Below, in pieces: positions 1 to 9,103 of a stretch of 45,010 nucleotides of DNA. Position numbers and translations under genes: made by a program. Numbering within the stretch: the first letter of the stretch is position 1; each line of letters begins with the position of its first letter. The notes under the pieces were generated by a model. It searched no databases. It was given only the letters and a program-made list of their open reading frames with translations, and was not told the DNA's origin. The stretch is from a bacterium (lineage in GTDB: Bacteria; Desulfobacterota; DSWW01): the NCBI GenBank assembly GCA_040756235.1, contig JBFLZG010000010.1, forward strand, positions 1 to 45,010. The letters are read 5' to 3'.

Positions 1-530
1 GTCATCGGGCCGGTTGCGAGCATGCGGCTGCGCGGGTCCATCGTGAGCGTCGCAGCCAGGGTGTCGAACGCCTTTTCCCGCGCCATCTCGTAGGGCAGGC
101 CGGCGGTGGGCGCGGGCACCACGGCTTCCGGGTCATAGGGCGTGCACTGGCGTCCCAGGGACGGCAGGAACTGGGCGCAGGCGGCGGCCCCGAAGTAGTG
201 GATGCGCTCCGCGTACAGGGTGGGGCCGATCTGGTGAGCGGGGTGGTACAGCACCATGCTGCGTCCCAGGGGGAACCGCGCCGCAAGCCGGGTGCCGAGA
301 AAGACGCCGCTGATCACTAGCCCCGCGCCGCCCTTGGCGCGCGCCCCGATGTAGGCGAGGGTCTGCTCCGTGACCTCTCCGTTGTAGCCGGACATGTACT
401 CCTGCATGGGCGCGACCGCGATCCGGTTCTTGAGCTCCACGCCCCCGATCTTGATCGGCGCGAGGAGGTTGGCGAACCTGGCGTTCCCTTTCCACCCTGC
501 GGGCTCGGCTTTGCTCTGGCTGCGTGCCAT
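1..530 (-). CDS. NADH:flavin oxidoreductase / Old Yellow Enzyme family protein, 5' part (runs off the window edge; absent from the supplied ORF track)
   Basis: Manual translation from ATG at 530 (RBS GGAGGGG upstream): MARSQSKAEPAGWKGNARFANLLAPIKIGGVELKNRIAVAPMQEYMSGYNGEVTEQTLAYIGARAKGGAGLVISG..., the classic OYE N-terminus (LxxPIKIG..LKNRI..APM; RAKGGAGL). The frame stays open to position 1. Confidence 0.88.
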   Translation of the reverse strand, partial: MARSQSKAEPAGWKGNARFANLLAPIKIGGVELKNRIAVAPMQEYMSGYNGEVTEQTLAYIGARAKGGAGLVISGVFLGTRLAARFPLGRSMVLYHPAHQIGPTLYAERIHYFGAAACAQFLPSLGRQCTPYDPEAVVPAPTAGLPYEMAREKAFDTLAATLTMDPRSRMLATGPM

Positions 531-625
531 CGTGTGTCCCCTCCGAAATGGCTCCTCGACCTGCCTCGAGGGAAATCCGTTCGGCAGATACCAACCTTCA
601 TCGGGCCCGGGCGGATGCGGGCTCC

Positions 626-2599
626 TCAGAGATCCATGGCGACCTTGTAGCCGTCGTAAATCGCATTCAGGAGCCGGCGCGGCGTCCAGGCGTCCCCAAT
701 CCGGAACACCTCCTTCACCTTCCCCTGAAGGGCGTGATAGAGGGTGGAGTTGGCCCTCCGCCAGAAGGAGAGCACGAGGGTGTCGGCGTCGATCTCCTGA
801 GTCTGCTCGGTCAGGGCGTCCCGAATGACGACCTTGCCGGGTTTCGCCTCCTTCACCTCGGAGTCGTGGATGCGCTTGACCCCCTTCATCTTGATGTTCA
901 TCATCTGGACCGCCAGCGTGATGAGGTCGATGTCGTAGGAGTTGGCCGTGGTGAGCCTGAAGGGCACCGGCATCACCAGGGTGACATCCTTCTTCTGGTC
1001 CGCGAGGAACTCGGCGGTCACGAGCCCCTTCATGTAGTTCTGCTTGTCCGAGATGACGACACGCCCTCCGGTCTCGACCTTCCCCTCCAGGACGTCTTCG
1101 GCCGTGACGACGTGGGCCCCCGGCTCGATCCGGATGGCTGCGCACGGCCCGACCACGTCCGGAGCCGGATCGGTGACCGTTGTCCCCCCCGTGGCGACGA
1201 TGACCGCGTCCGGATGTTCCCGGAGCACTCGCTCGGCGGTGACCTCCGTGTTCAGGAAGACCGGGATGCCGAGCCGCTCCACCTCGTGTTTGAGATAGCG
1301 CACGGCCTGGCCCAGCTCCTGACGGCTCGCGACCCTGGCCGGAATGAGGATCGCGCCCCCTAGCTCAGCGCTCTTCTCGTAGAGAGACACGTCGTGCCCT
1401 CTCTGTTCGGCCACGACTGCCGCCTTCATCCCGGCGCACCCGCCGCCCACGACCATGACCTTCTTCCGCTGCTTGGCCGGGGTGATCCGGAAAGTCCTTT
1501 CGCGGCCCGCCTCCGGGTTCTGCGTGCAGGTGATCGATTCGCGGCGCTCCCAATTGCCCCAGCAGCCCTGGTTGCAGGCGATGCAAAGGCGCACGTCATC
1601 GAGGCGGCCTTCCCTGGCCTTGTTGGGCATCTCCGGATCGCAGATGAGCGCTCGGGTCATCGCCACCATGTCGGCCTCGTTGTTCTTGATGATGTCGTTG
1701 GCCGTGACCGGGTCATTGATCCGGATTCCGGTGAATACCGGCAGGTCGATGATCTGCTTGAACTCGGCCGCGCAGTACACGAAGGGCCGGGGCGGCACCA
1801 TCATGGGAGAGACGGCGAGGACTCCGGTCACCGTCACATTCAGGTAGTCGATAAGGCCGCTCTGCGCCCAGATGGACACGACCTGCTTCATGTCTTCCAG
1901 CGTGTAGCCCTCCGGGATGAACTCGTCGGCGGATGCCCGCACCCCGAGCACCATCTCTTCTCCGATTGCCTTGCGCACGGCCGCGATGACCTCCATCCCG
2001 AACCGCATCCGGTTCTCGAGGCTTCCGCCGTAGCGGTCCTTGCGGATGTTCGTCGAAGGGGAGAGAAACTGCTGCTGGAGATAGCCGTGGCAGAAGTTGA
2101 GCTCGACCCCGTCGTAACCGGCCTCCCGGGCCTTGAGCGCCAGCTCGACGAACCTCTGGACCTCCTCCTGGATCATCCGTTCGTCCAGGATCACCGGGGG
2201 CTCGCCGATGAACTTCGACGGCATGTCGGAGCAGGAGACGCACGGGGTATTCGTGTAGTAGGAGCAGCTGTAATTGCCGCCGTGCCAGAGCTGGAGGAAG
2301 ATCCTGGTTCCGTGGGGGCGGACGGCCTCCACGATCTTCTTGAGCCAGGGCCTGACTTCGTCCTTCCACCCCTGCACGATGGCTCTTTCATGGAACTGCG
2401 CGTGCGGGGAAACGGTCGTCCCCTCCTGAACGATGAGACCCGCGCCGCCCCTCGCCCTCGCCTCATAGTATCGGACGTGACGGTCGGTCGGTAGGCCCTT
2501 CTCCCCGAGGGCCGTCGCATGGGCGGAGGAGTAGATGCGGTTGCGGAAGGTCACATTGCGTATGCGAAGGGGAGAGAAGAGGTGTGTCAGCTCTGTCAT
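626..2599 (-). CDS. FMN/[4Fe-4S]/FAD oxidoreductase, OYE-FadH/TMADH-like family (657 aa)
   Basis: LFSPLRIRNVTFRNRI, RARGGAGLI, GYDGVELNFCHGYL, NIRKDRYGGSLENRMRF; Fe-S motif CIACNQGC-x11-C; dinucleotide motif VVGGGCAG; C-terminal IGDA..PR; RBS AAGGAG. Confidence 0.93.
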   Translation of the reverse strand: MTELTHLFSPLRIRNVTFRNRIYSSAHATALGEKGLPTDRHVRYYEARARGGAGLIVQEGTTVSPHAQFHERAIVQGWKDEVRPWLKKIVEAVRPHGTRIFLQLWHGGNYSCSYYTNTPCVSCSDMPSKFIGEPPVILDERMIQEEVQRFVELALKAREAGYDGVELNFCHGYLQQQFLSPSTNIRKDRYGGSLENRMRFGMEVIAAVRKAIGEEMVLGVRASADEFIPEGYTLEDMKQVVSIWAQSGLIDYLNVTVTGVLAVSPMMVPPRPFVYCAAEFKQIIDLPVFTGIRINDPVTANDIIKNNEADMVAMTRALICDPEMPNKAREGRLDDVRLCIACNQGCWGNWERRESITCTQNPEAGRERTFRITPAKQRKKVMVVGGGCAGMKAAVVAEQRGHDVSLYEKSAELGGAILIPARVASRQELGQAVRYLKHEVERLGIPVFLNTEVTAERVLREHPDAVIVATGGTTVTDPAPDVVGPCAAIRIEPGAHVVTAEDVLEGKVETGGRVVISDKQNYMKGLVTAEFLADQKKDVTLVMPVPFRLTTANSYDIDLITLAVQMMNIKMKGVKRIHDSEVKEAKPGKVVIRDALTEQTQEIDADTLVLSFWRRANSTLYHALQGKVKEVFRIGDAWTPRRLLNAIYDGYKVAMDL

Positions 2600-2722
2600 G
2601 ATCGGCTCCTTCTTGGTTGCCCCCCAAGGCGTTGATGATTGGATCGCTCCGCGCCTGTGGACATCGTCCTGAGGTGTCAGGTGGCGGCCCTAAAATCCGA
2701 TACCTCAAACCTGATACTCCTC

Positions 2723-3559
2723 CTACTTTGTGCCCGGGCGTGCGAGGGCTCCCATGGCGTCGCGCATCTCGCGGGGCACAGACTTGAACGTGCAACGCTG
2801 GGATTTGCCCACTCCAGCGCCCCGCCAGAGGTCCACGAGCGTCTCGGCCGTCTTGAGCGCAGCGTGGGTCACGTCCAGCACCGGCACGCCGGTGCTCGGG
2901 ACCTCCCGGTATCCGAGCATGGAGACGGCCGGGCTCAGGGCACAGCAGACCGGCAGGATCACTTCCGCGCCGTCGGCCACGCAGGCCCGGCACAGCCGGT
3001 CGAACTGGGGCTGGATGATCGCGGGGTTCATCATCATCTCGAACAGGAAGCTCACCCAGTTCTCGCCCATCCGGAACACGCGCACCGGCCGGGCTGTCCG
3101 CAGGTCCATGCCGTAGCCGCGGATGTTGCGGTCGCAAAAGGCCAAGTTCTCGTCGAGGGCCGTGATCATCCCGAACCGGCCTCCAAGCGTGCAGGCCAGG
3201 AGCATGGCCGACTCGGTGGGCGCGACGACCGGGATGTCCACGGCCTGGCGGGCCGCGCACAGGGCCGGGTCATTCGCGCAACCGATGATCACCGCATCGT
3301 ATCCCTGTCGCTCCGCCTCGATCACTCCTTCGACGAGCCAAACGTTGTTGAGCATCTCGTGATAGGGGGTCTGTACCAGGTAGGCGGAGTGGCGGACGTA
3401 GTGGAAGTCGATCTCGGTATCCGGCCGGGCGACCCTCCTCAGGTTCTCCAGGACCCTGGTGCTGGCGTCCTCGATGAGGACGGGCGTTCTCAACCCGATC
3501 TCTCGCTCCATCTGATCCTGGGGCGGAAAGATGTGCTGCCACCAGATGCGCATGCCCAT
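2723..3559 (-). CDS. Asp/Glu/hydantoin racemase family protein (allantoin/hydantoin racemase-like)
   Basis: EAERQGYDAVIIGCANDPAL..ARQAVDIPVVAPTESAM..A..LGGRFG and GAEVILPVCCAL give the two catalytic Cys positions; C-terminal VPVLD...AALK.AE. Confidence 0.88.
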   Translation of the reverse strand: MGMRIWWQHIFPPQDQMEREIGLRTPVLIEDASTRVLENLRRVARPDTEIDFHYVRHSAYLVQTPYHEMLNNVWLVEGVIEAERQGYDAVIIGCANDPALCAARQAVDIPVVAPTESAMLLACTLGGRFGMITALDENLAFCDRNIRGYGMDLRTARPVRVFRMGENWVSFLFEMMMNPAIIQPQFDRLCRACVADGAEVILPVCCALSPAVSMLGYREVPSTGVPVLDVTHAALKTAETLVDLWRGAGVGKSQRCTFKSVPREMRDAMGALARPGTK

Positions 3560-3592
3560 GCGACACCTCTTGTATCTGCGCTGCCGTGTCCC

Positions 3593-3684
3593 TCAGATCT
3601 CGGGGCGATCTTCTGGCCCTCGTAGATGGCGTCGATGCAGCCCCTGTGGGAGAGGGCCTTGCCGTTCTTGTAGGTGACGAACGG
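3593..3684 (-). pseudogene. Relic 3' end of a further OYE-family oxidoreductase gene
   Basis: Directly after the TAG of the 3685-5676 gene the minus strand reads PFVTYKNGKALSHRGCIDAIYEGQKIA, then (1-nt shift) EI*. This aligns with the neighbours' C-termini IGDALAPRRLINAIYDGHQAALNL* and IGDAWTPRRLLNAIYDGYKVAMDL*. Confidence 0.7.
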
Positions 3685-5676
3685 CTAGAGATTCAATGCC
3701 GCCTGGTGTCCGTCGTAAATGGCGTTGATCAGCCGTCGCGGCGCGAGAGCATCTCCGATTCGGTGAATCTCTGGGACTTTATCCTTCAACTCGTAATAGA
3801 GTTTATTGTTCGGCAGGCGCCAGTAGGACAGGACCAGCGTGTCCGCTTCGAGCTCCTTTTCCTCTTCGGTATAGACATCCTTGAGCACTATCTTGCCGCG
3901 AAACGCCTTTTTCACTACGTGATCAGCAATCCGTGTTACCTTCTTCTTTTTCAGATTCAGGATCTGCACCCCCAGGGTGCCGATATCTCCTGTATATGGA
4001 TTGGGTCTTCCGTATCTGAATTCGGTGGGCATGACGAGTGTCACTTCTTTGCCACGGTCCGCCAGGAATTCCGCTGTGATCATCCCTTTCAGGTAATTCT
4101 GCTGATCCGCGATAACGATTCTTCTCCCGGTCTCCGCCTTTCCGTCCAAGACATCCTCGGCCGTCACCACGTCCGCACCAGGGGCAATCTCGATCGGTGC
4201 ATACTGACCCACAACTTCCGGCGTCGGGTCCTCGATGGTGAGCCCGCCGGTGGCAATAATCACAACATCCGGACCGGCTTTGACGATCATATCTGCTGTC
4301 GCTTCAGTACCCTTGTGAACCGGAATCCCCAATCTATCGATTTCATGGCTCAGAAAACGAACGACTTGCGATAGTTCCTGCCTTCCCGGTCCCTTCGAGG
4401 ATATCAGAACCGCTCCACCCAGTTCGTCTCCTTTCTCATATAATACGACTTCATGCCCCCTCTCCCTGGCTGATACAGCCGCCTTCATGCCTGCGCAACC
4501 GCCTCCCACCACCACCACCTTCTTGGGGGTACTGGTTCTTGTAATCTTGAATTCCGCTTCCCGGCCCGCTTCAGGGTTTTGCATGCACGTGATCGACTCT
4601 TGCATATCTACGAGCCGCTCCCAGCACCCTTCGTTGCATGCGACGCATTGCCGGATATCGTCCAGGCGACCTTCTCTTGCCTTGTTGGCCATCTCCGGAT
4701 CACAGAGTTGCGCCCGGGTCATGACCACCATGTCGGCCTCGTTGTTCTTTATGATTTCGTTGGCGATTACGGGGTCATTGATGCGGATCGCGGCAAAGAC
4801 CGGTAGATCGATGACCTGTTTGACCTCGGCAGCGCAGTAGACAAACGGCCGCTGGGGAACCATCATTGGAGGAAGTGCATATATGAATGACATGGTGGAG
4901 GCCACTGTGACACTGACATAGTCGATTTTTCCCGTAGCCTCCCATTTCCGGACGAATTCCTTTCCGTCATCCAGCGTATAGCCGCCGCCCTGAAGAAGCT
5001 CATCCGCCGACATCCGAAGCCCTACCACAAAGTCACGCCCTACGGCTGCCCGTACTCGATCGATGATCTGCATACCAAAGCGCATTCGATTCCCCGGACT
5101 CCCCCCGTATTCATCGGTGCGGACATTGCAGTACGGAGAAAGAAATTGTTGATGCAGGTAACCGTGGCCAAAGTGCAATTCGACACCGTCATAACCTGCC
5201 GCCTTGACACGTAGCGCCGTACCAACAAATCCCTGAATAACGCGCTCAATACCTTCCGCATCAAGGGCATCCGGCACCTCTCCCTGTCCTGCAGTGGGCA
5301 CATTGGAGGCGGATTCGATATGGGCCCACGTGTGATAGGAGCTCATGACACTCCCGCCATGGGCGATCTGGCAGAAGATCTTGGCACCGTGGTCATGCAC
5401 CGCTTTTCCGATCCGTTTCATGGGCGGAATGATTCCATCATGGGACCCGTCGCAAAAGACCTTTGGATTATGAAGCGTCAATGGGTCCACCCCGATTGCC
5501 TCCTGAATGATGAGGCCTGCTCCGCCCTTTGCTCTGGCTTCGTAATAGTTGAGGTGACGCTCGGATGGCAGTCCGTTTTTGACGAATCCGGTGATATGTG
5601 CAGACGCGAGAATGCGGTTTCTCACCGTAACGTTTCCAATCTTCAACGGTGAAAACAGATGCGATAATTCGGTCAT
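3685..5676 (-). CDS. FMN/[4Fe-4S]/FAD oxidoreductase, OYE-FadH/TMADH-like family; close paralog of 626-2599
   Basis: Start re-assigned to MTELSHLFSPL (ATG 5676, RBS AGGAGG); GYDGVELHFGHGYL; CVACNEGC...C; VVGGGCAG; long stretches near-identical to 626-2599 (PFVYCAAE.KQ.IDLPVF, NNEADMV, NKAREGRLDD). Confidence 0.93.
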   Translation of the reverse strand: MTELSHLFSPLKIGNVTVRNRILASAHITGFVKNGLPSERHLNYYEARAKGGAGLIIQEAIGVDPLTLHNPKVFCDGSHDGIIPPMKRIGKAVHDHGAKIFCQIAHGGSVMSSYHTWAHIESASNVPTAGQGEVPDALDAEGIERVIQGFVGTALRVKAAGYDGVELHFGHGYLHQQFLSPYCNVRTDEYGGSPGNRMRFGMQIIDRVRAAVGRDFVVGLRMSADELLQGGGYTLDDGKEFVRKWEATGKIDYVSVTVASTMSFIYALPPMMVPQRPFVYCAAEVKQVIDLPVFAAIRINDPVIANEIIKNNEADMVVMTRAQLCDPEMANKAREGRLDDIRQCVACNEGCWERLVDMQESITCMQNPEAGREAEFKITRTSTPKKVVVVGGGCAGMKAAVSARERGHEVVLYEKGDELGGAVLISSKGPGRQELSQVVRFLSHEIDRLGIPVHKGTEATADMIVKAGPDVVIIATGGLTIEDPTPEVVGQYAPIEIAPGADVVTAEDVLDGKAETGRRIVIADQQNYLKGMITAEFLADRGKEVTLVMPTEFRYGRPNPYTGDIGTLGVQILNLKKKKVTRIADHVVKKAFRGKIVLKDVYTEEEKELEADTLVLSYWRLPNNKLYYELKDKVPEIHRIGDALAPRRLINAIYDGHQAALNL

Positions 5677-5764
5677 GCCTAATTCCTCCTGACGCTTGGT
5701 TCCTACGCTCCCAAATTCCTTTTCCAACAAATATGCATGCCAATAGGGCTCAACTCGACTTACA

Positions 5765-6715
5765 CTATTTATCTATACAAGCGACTATACTGCACTTAAT
5801 CTCTGGGACTCTTTCTCTCATTACAAGGTAGCTCTTGCAACCTATAGAAATCTCGAATTCATTTTGCCACTTAAGCGCATCCGCAAGCTCAACGATGCTC
5901 TGAGTCTTGTTATTCATCAAATTCAGATCGGTCCTCACATAGGAAATCTTTTTTGAATGATCGTCCCAGGCACGATATTCATAACACTCGATATCGAACG
6001 ATTCCTGAGCCGCGGCATTCATTCCGATCAAAGTGGAATCATCGTGTACGACCAGCATCCTCTCTTTGCTCTTATAGATCGAATCATTCAACATGTATTC
6101 GATTTTGGCGTGAGGGGCAACGACGCCCTTGTACTGTTCCTCCACATAGACGGGAAAGTCGTATGCGAATACCCATTGCCCGTAGAGGTCAACACAAGGA
6201 AACGGAGACCATATTCCCACTCTTCCAGGATTATTTACGGGACCCACAATTGCATACCAATCCCACCGAGTGATTCCTGACGAATAGAGTTGCGAGAGGT
6301 CTAGCTTCTCGGGAAGAGTATCAGCAATGGGGCTATATTCGACCCATCCGGCGCATACGGATTCTGTCGTAAAAAACCAGAATTCGTCGCAATAGTTGAG
6401 AGCATTGAACACATCTCTGAACTTTGGCTTGGCATTTTCCAGAAGCTTCAACTCCCTCTTTATCCTGCTATTCACGGGGATAGCACCGCTAGCGCCGAGG
6501 ATCCATCTCTTTTCCTCCTCTATCAAGAAGTACCCATCCCCATGTCTCTTATATCTGTTGTCCATCCCATCTAGGGACAAATCATACAACTGCGGATACG
6601 AGTAAAGAGCTTCCACGAAGTAGGCAGCCTTTTCCGTTTCACGCGTGAATTTCTTGCAGTTTTCTGACAGTGTGGATGCATAGATACTCAATTCCCTCCT
6701 AACAGTGTCCCTCAT
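5765..6715 (-). CDS. Hypothetical protein with Cache/PDC-like sensor domain; no TM segments or output domain
   Basis: WDWY...NPGRVGIWSPFPCVDLYGQWVFAYDFPVYVEEQYKGVV resembles the dCache W..PY.D..G.W.....PVY....GVV pattern. 316-aa ORF in an AT-richer stretch. Confidence 0.6.
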   Translation of the reverse strand: MRDTVRRELSIYASTLSENCKKFTRETEKAAYFVEALYSYPQLYDLSLDGMDNRYKRHGDGYFLIEEEKRWILGASGAIPVNSRIKRELKLLENAKPKFRDVFNALNYCDEFWFFTTESVCAGWVEYSPIADTLPEKLDLSQLYSSGITRWDWYAIVGPVNNPGRVGIWSPFPCVDLYGQWVFAYDFPVYVEEQYKGVVAPHAKIEYMLNDSIYKSKERMLVVHDDSTLIGMNAAAQESFDIECYEYRAWDDHSKKISYVRTDLNLMNNKTQSIVELADALKWQNEFEISIGCKSYLVMRERVPEIKCSIVACIDK

Positions 6716-6882
6716 AGGGAGATCCCTTTCTTTGCTGAGAAGCGCCAGCCCGATAACTGGCTGAGATTTGGACTGGAAGCCTCTCCGTACAATGGAATCT
6801 TACCCCCGCAGCGCGTCATCTGGATCCTCGGTAGACGGTGTCAGCTTCCCTCCGCCAGGCGAACGGGTCGCCGGACTGCCCC

Positions 6883-8196
6883 TCACTTGCAGAACTGTTG
6901 AAAGCCCCCGAGACTGTAATGATTCAAATCATCCTTTGTATTCTGGCAGACTGGGCCGCCCTCGTGCAGGAACTCGAACACCGTTGCATGCTGGGCACGC
7001 TCGTCCACCATGACACCGCTAGGCCATAGGCTGGACCGGTACTTCTTATCCGTGCTTTCGCCCATGCCCCAAACGTTGAACGCTACTTTCCACTGCTCGC
7101 CCGCGCGGTTGAGTGTTTGCTTGTAGTACCCCACGAAAACCTCCCTATCGACCCACACGATCTGCTTCCCATAGTTGTACCACTTGTCCGTGGACGAGCA
7201 CTCGACCACATACACAGGTCGCTTGACGAAGATGACGTTCAGCGGTGTCCAGGGGAGACCGGTGTATTCCTTTTCGTTGTAGCCCCACCGGACCACCGGG
7301 GCAGCGGTTTCGGCGCACCACTCGCCATCTGCGTTTTTTGTTTGAGGGTACGGGTTCGGGCCCATGAATGCTCCGAGGATCTCCGCTGTCCGGAGCAGCT
7401 TGAACTCAAAAGCCGGAATCTTTCCATCGTAGTTCGTGTAGCCGGAATCGTCCTGGCTGTAGTCTGATCCAAAGAGCGCATCCGAGCGGTTGGCCGGGCT
7501 CATGCGCCGCACCCTTCGGATGGCAGGGACGTAGGCGAAGTTCGAGTCAGGTTTCTTCCCGAAATACCGCAACATCATCACCGCGGATCCCGCGAGATCA
7601 AAGGGTCTGACCACCCTGATGATATTCAGTTGCTCATAGTCGCTGGGGTTGGGAATGTTCTTCGCCTCGGGGTATCCGGTCATCGACGCAACCTTGAAGT
7701 ACAATTCAAGCTCCCGTTCCTGACCAGAGCTATCGAGAAAGTGCGCGATCATGGACGGCGTGCGGACATTGCCCGGAATCAGTCTCGAGTACATGCCGTT
7801 GTACATGATCTTGGTGGCGGCATCGGGGTCCGCAGGGTCGATCGCAGGAAAGGGGTGCCCGACGACCCCGCGAGCCAAATCCCCGGTCTTCTTCTCCACC
7901 AGCTCCCTGCTCTCGTTTATGTCGTAGAGCCCGTCATTGACTCTCCTGGCTTCGACCGCGTACTCGGGAACGGCATCGGCAAAGTTGTACTCGAGCTTGC
8001 CCATGGTCAAGGTAAAGCGCCCTCCCCTGATCCACGCGAGCACCTGGTCCGGAACCAATCCCTCAGCCTCTTGCCAGTTCTCCTGATTGATAACTTCCGC
8101 AGGCGCCAGGCCATCAGCTGAGAGGCTGTAGCCGCTGGTCAGGATGTGCACGATGGCCGAAACCCACAATGCGATTGCCAACCTTGGTCCCATCAT
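6883..8196 (-). CDS. DUF1329 / outer-membrane lipoprotein-sorting (LolA-like) family exported protein
   Basis: N-terminal signal peptide; GHPFPAIDPADPDAATKIMYN; YVPAIRRVRRMSPANRSDALFGSDYSQDD; YNYGKQIVWVDRE...NRAGEQWK. Confidence 0.8.
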   Translation of the reverse strand: MMGPRLAIALWVSAIVHILTSGYSLSADGLAPAEVINQENWQEAEGLVPDQVLAWIRGGRFTLTMGKLEYNFADAVPEYAVEARRVNDGLYDINESRELVEKKTGDLARGVVGHPFPAIDPADPDAATKIMYNGMYSRLIPGNVRTPSMIAHFLDSSGQERELELYFKVASMTGYPEAKNIPNPSDYEQLNIIRVVRPFDLAGSAVMMLRYFGKKPDSNFAYVPAIRRVRRMSPANRSDALFGSDYSQDDSGYTNYDGKIPAFEFKLLRTAEILGAFMGPNPYPQTKNADGEWCAETAAPVVRWGYNEKEYTGLPWTPLNVIFVKRPVYVVECSSTDKWYNYGKQIVWVDREVFVGYYKQTLNRAGEQWKVAFNVWGMGESTDKKYRSSLWPSGVMVDERAQHATVFEFLHEGGPVCQNTKDDLNHYSLGGFQQFCK

Positions 8197-8252
8197 GGTC
8201 TCTCCTCAATCGACCTGTTGTCCTTGGATGACCTTCACCAGCCGCTATGGAT

Positions 8253-9026
8253 TTATGCAGGGGGGAAGTCCCGCATGCCTATGCCAACTCCTTGAACCTG
8301 GAGTTTGTACTTGGAGGAATCCGACTTCATGAAGATGTTGACGATCTCCAACGGTTCGCCAGAGGCGAACCAAATGCGGCTCTGCAAGAGAAGGACAGGG
8401 GCGAAAACATCCGAGCTCAAGGCCTCCGCTACGTCCGGTTCTGCGGACACGCTCTGCAGATAGGTCTCGTTCTCCCCGATCTGCAAGCCCATCTCTTTCT
8501 GCAGGATCCTTTGAAGAGATCGCTCGGATAGCTTCCTGACAGTAAGGTGTCTGGCGATTTCGGGCCGGCAGAAGTTCTCAAAGAAGCAAATGGGATTCCC
8601 CTCGACAAAGCGGACCCTCCGAATGACGTAGACCGGCTCCTTACCATCCATGCCGAAAAAACTCTCGAGATCCCGCGCGATGCGTGTCTCCCGAATCTGC
8701 TTCTTCTCTATCCCCAGAACTTTGACCTTGTACTTCTCCCAATCCTCAACAAAGCCCTGCACATCTCCGGTGAAGACAACCTGCTTCCTCAGAGGGACAT
8801 GCTCGGCCACATAGACGCCCTCCCCCCGCTTTGTGGACAAAAGCCGCTCGGCCTTGAGATTCGCCAATACCGTGCGAATTGTAATGTGGCTAACGCGGAA
8901 GTGTGCAGAAAGCTCTTTAATTGTGGGGAGTCGCTCGCCGTGCGCAAGTTGTCCCGTGAGAATCTTCTGCCTGAGGATAGATTCGATGTAGACGTGATAC
9001 GGGATCTTCGTGCTGTTGTTGGCCAT
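8253..9026 (-). CDS. GntR-family transcriptional regulator (HutC subfamily, wHTH + UTRA)
   Basis: PYHVYIESILRQKILTGQLAHGERLPTIKELSAHFRVSHITIR...KRGEGVYV; C-terminal UTRA-like region (IRRVRFVEGNPI, SLQRIL, SAEPDVAEAL); RBS AGGAGG. Confidence 0.9.
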   Translation of the reverse strand: MANNSTKIPYHVYIESILRQKILTGQLAHGERLPTIKELSAHFRVSHITIRTVLANLKAERLLSTKRGEGVYVAEHVPLRKQVVFTGDVQGFVEDWEKYKVKVLGIEKKQIRETRIARDLESFFGMDGKEPVYVIRRVRFVEGNPICFFENFCRPEIARHLTVRKLSERSLQRILQKEMGLQIGENETYLQSVSAEPDVAEALSSDVFAPVLLLQSRIWFASGEPLEIVNIFMKSDSSKYKLQVQGVGIGMRDFPPA

Positions 9027-9073
9027 CCAATCCTCCTATGCAGGTGTGCATATATTCATGCATAGTTTCCTGC

Positions 9074-9103
9074 CGGATACCACACCTCGCCTTTTGTTGT
9101 CAA
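9074..9103 (-). promoter_or_regulatory. Putative sigma70 promoter of the gntR cluster
   Basis: TTGACA-N18-TATCCG with an extended TG, preceded by phased A/T tracts (9101-9137); imperfect palindrome TGCAT-N6-ATGCA at 9047-9062. Confidence 0.45.

Noticed and set aside
3685..3687. TAG followed by in-frame OYE-like sequence as pyrrolysine read-through
   Set aside because: The protein is already complete at the TAG, the extension duplicates the C-terminus and is frameshifted, and there are no pyl genes in view.
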